From IMG/VR virus record IMGVR_UViG_3300049437_000005: a DNA stretch of 50,462 bases; one strand, 5' to 3'. The position numbers were made by a program, and so were the translations under genes. Source of the DNA: a virus. The notes beneath the pieces were generated by a model. It ran no database searches, had not been told where the DNA came from, and was given only the letters and a program-made list of their open reading frames with translations. Shown in pieces: positions 23,694 to 31,481 of this stretch; position 1 is the first letter of the stretch; every line of letters starts with the position of its first letter.

Positions 23694-24717
23694 GCCAAAA
23701 GACCTTATCAAAGACGCCGTGAATATCGAGATAGCCAAGGCTCGCGGCGATGCGTCGATCTGGAAGGCGAAGCACAATGAAGCCGTCGCCAGCGCCATTA
23801 CGCTCGAAAAGCAACTCGACACCCTGCTGAGCATCCCGAAGCCGTCCAAGAGGAAAGTCGAGCGGCTTTCTCGAAGCAGGCCAGAAGGCGTTGCGGCGAT
23901 TATTCCGGCGACCGATTGGCACGTCGAGGAATCGGTCAGCCTCGAACAGACGAACGGCAAGAATTCATTCGATCTCACGGAAGCGGAGCGCCGCATCGAC
24001 CGCTTCTACAACAAGACCATCGAGTTAATCGACTGGCAGGGCTACCTTGCGCCGGTTGCCGAGTTGTGGCATCCGTTACTTGGCGACTTACTGACCGGCT
24101 ACATTCACGAAGAGTTGATGGAAAGCAACGCTTGCAGCCCGACCGAAGCCTGCGTTTTCCTGCAAGATCGCATATGCTCTGGCATCGACTTTCTGCTCGC
24201 CAAGACGAAGCTGCCGATCTTCGTGCCGTGTTGCGTCGGCAATCACGGTCGCACGACGCCGAAGAAGCGAATAAAGACCAGCTTCAAGAACAGCTACGAA
24301 TGGCTGCTCTACATGACGCTCGCCAAGAGTTATGCGAAGAACCATCGCGTGCAGTTTGTTGTGTCTAAGGGATACCACAACATCTGTCACATTATGGGTC
24401 GCCGCGTTCGCTTCCATCATGGCGACGGCTTACGTTATCAGGGCGGCGTCGGCGGAATTACGATTCCGGTCAACAAGTCGATCGCGCAATGGAACAAGGC
24501 TACGCCGGTTGACTTCGATATCTTCGGCCACTGGCACACGTTCCTAGCGAACTACCCGACTTGGATTTCTTGTGGCTCGCTCATGGGCTACTCGGAATTC
24601 TCGGTCGAGATCAAGGCCGACTTCCAACACCCGACGCAAACATTCATCGTCATTGACCGGCGATACGGTCTGACGCAGGCGACTCCGATCTTTCTCACGA
24701 AACCGAATCGGAGCTAA
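23686..24717 (+). CDS. Calcineurin-like metallophosphoesterase
   Basis: ATDWH (DxH), GDLLTG (GD), GNHG (GNH), HHGD and GHWH motifs occur in the canonical order. Confidence 0.7.
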   Translation: MRKPKDLIKDAVNIEIAKARGDASIWKAKHNEAVASAITLEKQLDTLLSIPKPSKRKVERLSRSRPEGVAAIIPATDWHVEESVSLEQTNGKNSFDLTEAERRIDRFYNKTIELIDWQGYLAPVAELWHPLLGDLLTGYIHEELMESNACSPTEACVFLQDRICSGIDFLLAKTKLPIFVPCCVGNHGRTTPKKRIKTSFKNSYEWLLYMTLAKSYAKNHRVQFVVSKGYHNICHIMGRRVRFHHGDGLRYQGGVGGITIPVNKSIAQWNKATPVDFDIFGHWHTFLANYPTWISCGSLMGYSEFSVEIKADFQHPTQTFIVIDRRYGLTQATPIFLTKPNRS

Positions 24718-24719
24718 TC

Positions 24720-25442
24720 ATGCCAAAATACCCACCCGGATTTCTTGAAATGCACCCTGAATACGCAATCACGGAGAAGCAGCCAATGACGAAGAAAGAA
24801 CGGCAGGCCGAAGCCTATGTCGCGGAACAGATTAAGAACGCCAAAGACGGAACTGTCGCGTTTGACGTAACAAAACATGATGCCGATATCGCCAAAATGG
24901 CAAAGCATCTAGGCCCGATGTTTAGCGAGAAAGCGAATCGGCTTTTAGAGGAAATGGGCGCAGCGGTTCGCACCTTCGAGACGGGCGCGACACGCGACAC
25001 GGACGACGGCAAGTTCGACTACGAAGGTTTCTTGTCGCCGTTGGTTCTTGAACGCTACGGCGCGTATATGCACTCGCACCGCAAACAAGCGGACGGCAAG
25101 CTGCGCGATAGCGACAACTGGCAGAAGGGAATCCCGCTTGTAGCCTACATTAAGTCGCTTTGGCGTCACTTCTTCGACGTGTGGAAGATTTATCGCGGCC
25201 TTGGACCGATCAACGATAAGAAAGACGGCCATTTAGTCACGATAGATGAAGCACTATGCGCAGTGATTTTCAACGCTTCTGGGTATCTCCATGAAATCCT
25301 GAAGAAGCAACTTGACCATGAGCGTAAATGCAAGTCTTGTGGTCGAGAAGCAAAGGGCGAATGCTCTTACGCAGCCTGTCCGCGCGACGACACGTTTTTC
25401 GTTGCCGAAGTATTCGCTCCCATCGACGGAGACGCTCAATGA
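24720..25442 (+). CDS. DUF5664-like (dATP/dGTP diphosphohydrolase N-terminal-type) protein with a C-terminal Cys cluster
   Basis: FETGATRDTDDGKFDYEGFLSP...DSDNWQKGIP...SLWRHF resembles the phage dNTP diphosphohydrolase domain. CKSCG...C...C lies at the C-terminus. Confidence 0.5.
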   Translation: MPKYPPGFLEMHPEYAITEKQPMTKKERQAEAYVAEQIKNAKDGTVAFDVTKHDADIAKMAKHLGPMFSEKANRLLEEMGAAVRTFETGATRDTDDGKFDYEGFLSPLVLERYGAYMHSHRKQADGKLRDSDNWQKGIPLVAYIKSLWRHFFDVWKIYRGLGPINDKKDGHLVTIDEALCAVIFNASGYLHEILKKQLDHERKCKSCGREAKGECSYAACPRDDTFFVAEVFAPIDGDAQ

Positions 25443-26035
25443 TTACACGAATCTACCTCGATCTCGACGACGTTTTGAACTACCTAGCGCCATACGTGTT
25501 GAACTGCGTCGGCTGCCCAATAGGGGCGACAGACTACAACAGCTACCCAGGCGATGAAGTTGGCTACGATATCGTCGCGGCTGCTAACATGATGCACCCG
25601 ACGAAGGAATTCACAAAAGAAGAATTTTGGGGCGCAATCACTCGTAAGATATGGGCTGCTGCTCCAAGGTCCGAAGAATACTCCGATATTCTGCGACTTT
25701 GCTTCGACTCCGTTGGCGAAAGAAATATCCATATCCTAACGCGGGCGACAGACAATGCAGACTGCTACTCAGGTAAGAAGGACTGGATGGACCGCAACGT
25801 TCCTGGCGGTATGCGGCGTCAACATCTGATCGTGGGCGAGGATTGCAAGGAACTGCTCGCGCGACCTGATACGCTACTCATCGACGACAACGAGAAAAAC
25901 ATCTCCGCTTTTCGTAAGTCTGGTGGAATGGCTATCACTGTTCCGAGACCCTGGAACCGACTTCGAGGGTGCGCCAACACTTCTCTATATCTAAAAGGAA
26001 TGTTTGAAATCATCTTCGGACGGAGAGCGGCGTAA
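25439..26035 (+). CDS. HAD-family 5'(3')-deoxyribonucleotidase-like protein
   Basis: IYLDLDDVL (DxDxV/T motif I), KKDW and LLIDDN motifs. ATGA coupling. Confidence 0.6.
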   Translation: MITRIYLDLDDVLNYLAPYVLNCVGCPIGATDYNSYPGDEVGYDIVAAANMMHPTKEFTKEEFWGAITRKIWAAAPRSEEYSDILRLCFDSVGERNIHILTRATDNADCYSGKKDWMDRNVPGGMRRQHLIVGEDCKELLARPDTLLIDDNEKNISAFRKSGGMAITVPRPWNRLRGCANTSLYLKGMFEIIFGRRAA

Positions 26036-26343
26036 TGAGATCGAAGGAATGGCGAAAGCTATTGAAGTGGATACGTAGGCAGTACCCGATTGTCGGGACT
26101 GTTCACGTTTCTCGCAGGCCGGTCAAGAACGACGCTGGCAATACTGGTATCCGCGTCAAGCGAAGCGCCTGGACATTTTGGATTCACATTGACTCGAAGC
26201 AGGAATGGGCAGGGCAAGTCGATACGCTGCTTCACGAATGGTCGCATATTCGGGCCATTCAAGAAGCCTGCGACCATCTTGGAAGATGGGCAACCACATA
26301 CGGAGAAATCTACACCGAATGGACAACCTTCAACAATGATTAA
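26035..26343 (+). CDS. Small HExxH protein (putative zinc metallopeptidase-like)
   Basis: LLHEWSHIRAIQEACDH contains HExxH. 102 aa. Confidence 0.4.
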   Translation: MRSKEWRKLLKWIRRQYPIVGTVHVSRRPVKNDAGNTGIRVKRSAWTFWIHIDSKQEWAGQVDTLLHEWSHIRAIQEACDHLGRWATTYGEIYTEWTTFNND

Positions 26344-27094
26344 GCACGAACTTTTCAATTGCGATTGCGTCGAGTTTTTGGAGAACGACACGCGATGTTG
26401 GGATACGATTTTCGCAGACCCGCCTGATAACATCGGACTAAATTACAGGGAGTACCGCGACCGTAAGCCGGAAGAAGAATACGTCAACTGGCTAGAAACG
26501 TGCCTCGATATGTTCATGCGCAAATCGCAGACGTTATGGTTCAGCTTCAACGCTCGCTGGACGTTCGCGGTCGGCAACATCTTCTACAAGCTACTGAAGC
26601 ACTACGACGCTTGGGAAGCGAAGCCATGCGTACAAGTCTTCACCTTTGGTCAGCATAACCACAACGACCTTGGGAACAACCATAGGCCGCTATGGCGGAT
26701 TCGGCGGAAAGACGCACCGCTGTTCCCCGACGCGGTTCGGGTTCCGTCCTGGCGGCAGGAACATGGCGACAAGCGGGCCGACCCTCGCGGGCGCGTTCCG
26801 GGAGATGTTTTCGATTTTACACGCGTTACAGGCAACAGCGAGCAGCGTCGTGCATGGCATCCGACGCAACTTAATGAGGGCCTTGTCGAGCGATGTCTTA
26901 AACTGACGACTCCTCCGGACGGAACTGTTCTCGATCCATTCGGAGGAACAGGGACCACTCTGAGGGTCTGCAAGCGGTTAGAACTGCCTTGCGTTATCGT
27001 CGAGTTGGACCAGACGTATTGCGAGAAGATTTTCGAGGAACACCGTCAGGGCGACTTGGCACGCGGGTCGCTCGAATTCACGAAGCCCTCTTAA
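26336..27094 (+). CDS. DNA methyltransferase (N6-A/N4-C, PF01555-like) with an atypical DPPD motif IV
   Basis: IFADPPDNIG (motif IV-like, Asp where Tyr/Phe is usual) and DPFGGTGTT (motif I) in beta-class order. Confidence 0.7.
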   Translation: MIKHELFNCDCVEFLENDTRCWDTIFADPPDNIGLNYREYRDRKPEEEYVNWLETCLDMFMRKSQTLWFSFNARWTFAVGNIFYKLLKHYDAWEAKPCVQVFTFGQHNHNDLGNNHRPLWRIRRKDAPLFPDAVRVPSWRQEHGDKRADPRGRVPGDVFDFTRVTGNSEQRRAWHPTQLNEGLVERCLKLTTPPDGTVLDPFGGTGTTLRVCKRLELPCVIVELDQTYCEKIFEEHRQGDLARGSLEFTKPS

Positions 27095-27317
27095 CTTTCC
27101 GCTTCGGCTTGATCGAAATATCGACTTCAACGCCAAGGCCCTCGGCAATCGCTTCTAGCGTACTTAGCTTTACGTCTTTGTAAATTCCGTTTGAGAACCG
27201 AGAGTAGGCAACAGTCGTAAGGCCAGCCGCCTCGGCGGCTTCGGCCTTTGTCATTTCGATCTGCTCTCTGTGCTTCTCGAACAATCTCTGCACTTGCTTA
27301 GCTAGGATGTTCTTCAT
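27078..27317 (-). CDS. XRE-family HTH regulator
   Basis: MTKAEAAEAAGLTTVAYSRFSNG...LSTLEAIAEGLG matches HTH_3. Its start overlaps the integrase stop (ATGA). Its 3' end overlaps the convergent MTase gene by 17 nt. Confidence 0.75.
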   Translation of the reverse strand: MKNILAKQVQRLFEKHREQIEMTKAEAAEAAGLTTVAYSRFSNGIYKDVKLSTLEAIAEGLGVEVDISIKPKRKVKRAS

Positions 27318-28291
27318 GTTGCGATCTCCTCTTCTTCATGTGTGGTTTTACCGAACAGCCAATCATGTACCCTATCGGCAAGTTTCTTCAGCCTCGGTAG
27401 CTTATCCAAGTGTCTTTTCGCATAAAATCTTGCTTGTATGCTTGATGGGGTGTGACCCATCGTTAAGTTAATCATCGTCTTGTCGCCCGATCTGTCAATT
27501 ACAGCCGAGTACGTATGCCGAAGCGAACCAATGCTGACGCCTTTTGTTCGGTATCCTATGTCGTCAAGCATTTTGCTGAATGCGTCAATTACCTTTCGGC
27601 CTTCTCCGTCTTTCGTATGCGGCTTTCCGTACCGGGTCAGGATGATCGTATGCTCGCTTTGGTTGTGGCATCGCCGGTAGTTGGATCGGTAGTCTAGAAT
27701 CGCGGCGACAGTCTCGGGCCAGAGTACCGCCATTCTGGCACGTCCATTCTTCACTCGCCGGAAGTCATGGTACGGAATCTTCGTATCGACGGTATGAACG
27801 TGGTCGAAGGTCAGTGCTATTGAATCTCCGGGGTAGAATCCGCAATTTATCCCCAACAGAATCGCAACCTTCATGGCCGGTTTCGCCCGCCGAAGAGACG
27901 CAAGTATCGCCTCGCGTTCAATGAATCGATCTGGGCTTTTCTTTTCCTGCTCGATCTCGATATCGTTGCTTCCTGGAGGATCAAATTCGCCGCCGTACCT
28001 TATGACATTACTAATGTATCCGCGTTTCTCGCCCCAATTAAACACTGATCTAACAGACATTATAGCATTGCGTCTTGTCTTTAATCGCCACCCAGTATCA
28101 TAAATCCGCTTTCGAATCGTGAGAAAAACTTCTGGGCCTACCGACTTTAACTTCACCCCTCTAATCGAAGGGATTTCCAGCACGGCATCTAGTCTGCTGT
28201 AGTCCTTGATGGTTCTTTGGCTGCGTTCTCCCATTGCAACCTTTTCTGTGATTGCAATACGATGTTTGTCAAACAAGTCCCCAATCGTCAT
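27314..28291 (-). CDS. int: Tyrosine recombinase / phage integrase
   Basis: 325 aa. An N-terminal SAM-like region and a C-terminal GSLRHTYS...MGHT...Y pattern. Adjacent to a tRNA 3' fragment. Confidence 0.8.
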   Translation of the reverse strand: MTIGDLFDKHRIAITEKVAMGERSQRTIKDYSRLDAVLEIPSIRGVKLKSVGPEVFLTIRKRIYDTGWRLKTRRNAIMSVRSVFNWGEKRGYISNVIRYGGEFDPPGSNDIEIEQEKKSPDRFIEREAILASLRRAKPAMKVAILLGINCGFYPGDSIALTFDHVHTVDTKIPYHDFRRVKNGRARMAVLWPETVAAILDYRSNYRRCHNQSEHTIILTRYGKPHTKDGEGRKVIDAFSKMLDDIGYRTKGVSIGSLRHTYSAVIDRSGDKTMINLTMGHTPSSIQARFYAKRHLDKLPRLKKLADRVHDWLFGKTTHEEEEIAT

Positions 28292-28395
28292 TTGATGTGC
28301 CTTAAAACTGCTGCCTCTACTACAATGATAGCATACGCTTCATTTAGCGTATTTTCTATCGTTGTAAAGTCAAGCAGAATAAGGGGTTACAAGAG

Positions 28396-28432
28396 TGCGG
28401 ACGGTGGGACTTGAACCCACACCTAAACGGTT
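28396..28432 (-). other. attP candidate: 3' fragment of a class II (long variable arm, Leu-like) tRNA gene
   Basis: The minus strand reads ACCGTTTAGGT-GTGGG-TTCAAGT-CCCAC-CGTCCGC-A (variable arm, T-arm, 3' acceptor strand, discriminator). No matching 5' acceptor GCGGACG or anticodon arm lies upstream, so this is a fragment rather than a gene. Confidence 0.65.
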
Positions 28433-28547
28433 ATACAGCAAGGACTTACGGCACGTCGAAAATAACCAGAAAAAAACTTTCGACCCCTACAATCGTATAG
28501 TCAACTACAAGGCCCTAGAATGCGTACTGTTGCGTTGGGCAGAAGGC

Positions 28548-28580
28548 CAACAAAGAAGGCCGACCAAAGGGCGGTCGGCC
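28548..28580 (-). terminator. Rho-independent terminator ending the late/envelope operon
   Basis: The minus strand reads GGCCGACC-gcccttt-GGTCGGCC followed by TTCTTTGTT, 33 nt after the thioredoxin stop. Confidence 0.7.
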
Positions 28581-28612
28581 AAGAGAAGAGAGGCGAGGGC
28601 GTAGGCGACGGC

Positions 28613-29110
28613 TTATGGAGTAAGCGCCGCGACGGCGTTCGGATCGTGCGTTCGGTTTTCCCCGCCGCCTGTGTGGATTACGAATGTGGGCACTGAGGTA
28701 ATCGCGTACTGCCGGGCGAGATCGGGCCGGGAGTCAATGTCAATCTCTTCGATGTTGATTCCTCGCTTACGGGCGGCGGCGATGGTCGGCTTAGCTCTCT
28801 GGCAAGGCCCGCACCACGTCGCAGTGAAGGCCAACACCCTCACAGGGGCGCAAGCTGGCGGCATAGGGCGATTGTCGCCCTGGCGCGCCGGAACACCGGT
28901 CTTACCGGGCAATCGAGGCTTGCATGGGCATGGAACAGGGCATGGCTGATCTGGCTCCGGCTCTACCTTGACGGCTGCGGGGACGGCTGGCTTGATAGTC
29001 TTCCTGTTTTTTGCGGCGCTATGTTCCTTCCATACATAGCCAACAACGAGCGCTGCGATAAGGAAAATTCCAGCAAAAAAAACAACACGATCTTCTTTCT
29101 TCTGGCCCAT
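28613..29110 (-). CDS. Membrane-anchored thioredoxin-fold protein (WCGPC active site)
   Basis: N-terminal MGQKKEDR plus the VVFFAGIFLIAALVVGYVW TM segment. A Pro/Cys-rich linker (PCPVPCPCKP). Thioredoxin motif FTATWCGPCQ and the cis-Pro context SVPTF. Confidence 0.8.
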   Translation of the reverse strand: MGQKKEDRVVFFAGIFLIAALVVGYVWKEHSAAKNRKTIKPAVPAAVKVEPEPDQPCPVPCPCKPRLPGKTGVPARQGDNRPMPPACAPVRVLAFTATWCGPCQRAKPTIAAARKRGINIEEIDIDSRPDLARQYAITSVPTFVIHTGGGENRTHDPNAVAALTP

Positions 29111-29120
29111 ACATCAACTC

Positions 29121-29531
29121 CTAATTCGACTGTAGGATGGTGCGTAACTTTTCGTGAATCTTTTCGCAGTCTTTCGACACATCGACGCCGACGCCTTTTC
29201 CGAACGCCTCAATCGCATTGGCAAAGTTATGCCCGGCATCGCAGAGGTTGGCGATATTGACGGCGGCGGCGCTTGACGCCTTTGCGTGAGAAGCGAGTAT
29301 GCTGGCGTTGTCGGCGCTTGACTTCCCGACGCCTTCAAGAAAAGCGTCGAGTCGATCCATGAGTTTGCCGCCTAACTTGTATGCGATAAAGCCTAGCCCT
29401 AGAACGACGACGCCTACCAATACGAAGCAAAGCACGATAAAGAACCATCCGGGGCCGAGATGCCTCGCCAGTTCGGCAACATCGACGTTCGTATTGGTTG
29501 TGGCTTCAGCGAACAGGATAGACTGGATCAT
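29121..29531 (-). CDS. Single-pass membrane protein (holin-like candidate)
   Basis: One long TM segment GWFFIVLCFVLVGVVVLGLGFIAY. 136 aa. Lies in the envelope cassette. Confidence 0.45.
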   Translation of the reverse strand: MIQSILFAEATTNTNVDVAELARHLGPGWFFIVLCFVLVGVVVLGLGFIAYKLGGKLMDRLDAFLEGVGKSSADNASILASHAKASSAAAVNIANLCDAGHNFANAIEAFGKGVGVDVSKDCEKIHEKLRTILQSN

Positions 29532-29534
29532 GGT

Positions 29535-30290
29535 TTACCTCGAATAAGTCACTTCGCGAACAACGTAGGCATCGCGGAAGATTTTCTGCCTTCCAAGAAG
29601 CAGCATATCGTCGTCTGGTTGCCAAGAGTTTCGTTCCCAAATACCGAATTCGTTGCCATGCTTCTGCAACTCTTCGGCATCCATCGCGTGCGCCATGAAG
29701 TTGACGGCGTTCCACACGGCATCGCCATTCAGCAACGCCGAAACTGTCTCGTCGTACATATCGACAGAGCCAAGACGATAGAATTCAAGCGGTACGCAAT
29801 CCTTTGCAGCTTCCTGCCAGCCAGGCTTGAAGCGATTGGGATTGAATTCGTACTGCGGGATGAAATCGCGGGTTGCCATGCCGTTCTTGACAACGAATTC
29901 CATCGCGTCGTCGAGCGTACTGCCCTCGTCGGCCCAACCAAACGTACCTTTGATTGATTCTGGCCCGAGTGTTCGGTACGGCAGATTCATCTTGGATCGC
30001 GCGCATTCAAGATGCTGCGCCAGCGAGTACCGCCAGCAAATCGGATGCGGCCCTTGATTGTGGTGAATCGGATTAAACCGATCCTTGCGTTGACGTGCAA
30101 ATTTGCCGATCATCGCATCATAACGAGAAGCCCACTTGCTTCTCGGAATTAACTCGACAACTTCCGCGTAGCTCGGTCCAGCGTAGAGTTGCTTCGCCTG
30201 CGAACGCGGCAGCAGGCCACAAAGCCGCGAGTCGCGGGCCTGAATCTTCTCGGCAAACTCGGACCAATTTCCATCGTGAATCGTAATCAT
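29535..30290 (-). CDS. Papain-like (clan CA, C1-like) cysteine peptidase
   Basis: NQGPHPICWRYS has papain Q19-C25 spacing. AHAM gives the His context. ERNSWQPD matches the papain N175-S-W context. No signal peptide is seen. Confidence 0.6.
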   Translation of the reverse strand: MITIHDGNWSEFAEKIQARDSRLCGLLPRSQAKQLYAGPSYAEVVELIPRSKWASRYDAMIGKFARQRKDRFNPIHHNQGPHPICWRYSLAQHLECARSKMNLPYRTLGPESIKGTFGWADEGSTLDDAMEFVVKNGMATRDFIPQYEFNPNRFKPGWQEAAKDCVPLEFYRLGSVDMYDETVSALLNGDAVWNAVNFMAHAMDAEELQKHGNEFGIWERNSWQPDDDMLLLGRQKIFRDAYVVREVTYSR

Positions 30291-30730
30291 TGAAGCGCCC
30301 CCAATGCTGCTGGTTCGTTCGCGGGAAGAGGAATAGCCGTCACCTTCCCGTTGCCATGTCGATAGGCAAGCGCCGGGTAGTCTTTGACTTTCAAGGACGC
30401 TTCAGCGAGATACGGAACGAGATAGGCGGGCGGATTACCGTCACGATCAACCACGTCTTTGTCGATACAGCCCAAGAATGTTCCGCCGCTTTGTTCGATT
30501 ACGTCGATGAACGAACCAGAGGCAAGAATCGCGGCCTGCCCGTCGGGCAGCTTCGACCTCATCTTCGTTTCCTCGATAATACAAACCGTCAATGGACCGC
30601 TCTCGATCCAGTACGACGGAGTGAGCCAAACCGGAGCGTCAGGTAGTTTCGGTAGTCTGAAGTCGCCGGAACGGAGCAGCAGCCCGATTCCAAGCAGCAA
30701 CAGCGCAAGTGGTGCGTAAGCCTTACTCAT
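30287..30730 (-). CDS. Signal-anchored/exported hypothetical protein
   Basis: N-terminal APLALLLLGIGLLL hydrophobic segment. ATGA-coupled to the peptidase gene. Confidence 0.5.
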   Translation of the reverse strand: MSKAYAPLALLLLGIGLLLRSGDFRLPKLPDAPVWLTPSYWIESGPLTVCIIEETKMRSKLPDGQAAILASGSFIDVIEQSGGTFLGCIDKDVVDRDGNPPAYLVPYLAEASLKVKDYPALAYRHGNGKVTAIPLPANEPAALGALQ

Positions 30731-30737
30731 ACTTCCC

Positions 30738-31016
30738 TCACGCTGCTGGTTTCACGGAATCGTCAGCGAGTTTCGCCAGCGAAACCCTCACGTCTGCGAC
30801 CTGCGCGGCCAACTCCGAATCGCCGCGTTTCTTGGCAATCGCCGTGATCGCGAAGCAAGCCGACATACCTGCGACGATATCTGCGTAGTCGTCGATCTTG
30901 TTCGCTGCCGCCTCTACCTTAGCGCCAGCAAACGATACGCCCTTGCTTTTCAAGTAATTGATACCGATAGCAGCAAGCCACAAGCCACCAGCCAGAATCA
31001 GAATCCAAGACAACAT
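30738..31016 (-). CDS. Small membrane protein (holin/antiholin-like candidate)
   Basis: TM SWILILAGGLWLAAIGINYL plus a second hydrophobic stretch. GAAGGGAGAA RBS. Confidence 0.5.
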   Translation of the reverse strand: MLSWILILAGGLWLAAIGINYLKSKGVSFAGAKVEAAANKIDDYADIVAGMSACFAITAIAKKRGDSELAAQVADVRVSLAKLADDSVKPAA

Positions 31017-31028
31017 ACTTTCTCCCTT

Positions 31029-31196
31029 CTAAATGAGTTTCAAGGCGCGCTCTCTTGTTTCGCGAAGTATCTTTAGCCCCGCCAAGAATCTCTTCTCAGC
31101 GTCGGGGCTTTCGTTGATTCTGTTTACGAGAAAAGTCCTGAAGAATTCCGACGTAGCAGACTCGTAGGCAGACTGAATTACTTCTGCGTCGGACAT
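31029..31196 (-). CDS. 55-aa hypothetical protein (below ORF-track cutoff)
   Basis: ATG at 31196 is preceded by GAGGGG at 6 nt. Translation MSDAEVIQSAYESATSEFFRTFLVNRINESPDAEKRFLAGLKILRETRERALKLI. Confidence 0.4.
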   Translation of the reverse strand: MSDAEVIQSAYESATSEFFRTFLVNRINESPDAEKRFLAGLKILRETRERALKLI

Positions 31197-31432
31197 GGCT
31201 GCCCCTCGTCCCGAAGGATCGGGAATATGCGACCGCGGCGCTGGTCGTCGTCGCCATGTTCCTGTTGCTGCCGGTCACGTAGCGGGAACAATCGCGGACG
31301 GTCACAGCCCTTGCTTGCTACGACAACACCTAAAAGGAAACAAACAAGGCATAGCCAAACTGTAGGCGGAAGCGCCTTCAGGACTGCCCATATTACGGAA
31401 ACAACTGAACCGAGAATAGTAAGAATAGCCAC
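31178..31432 (-). CDS. Two-TM small membrane protein (class II holin-like candidate)
   Basis: TM segments ILTILGSVVSVIWAVL and VWLCLVCFLLGVVVA, with a charged C-terminus. Confidence 0.5.
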   Translation of the reverse strand: MAILTILGSVVSVIWAVLKALPPTVWLCLVCFLLGVVVASKGCDRPRLFPLRDRQQQEHGDDDQRRGRIFPILRDEGQPCPTQK

Positions 31433-31481
31433 AAGATTCTCCTCTACTTATATTGTGTTCAAGGGGTCAGAGTCGAATGAA

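Noticed and set aside
24720-25442. Z-genome (2-aminoadenine) or other hypermodification pathway, suggested by the DUF5664-like and MazG-like genes.
   Set aside because: No PurZ/adenylosuccinate-synthetase-like gene, DatZ-like HD phosphohydrolase, glycosyltransferase or thymidylate-synthase-like gene is present. The hydrolases alone do not define such a pathway.
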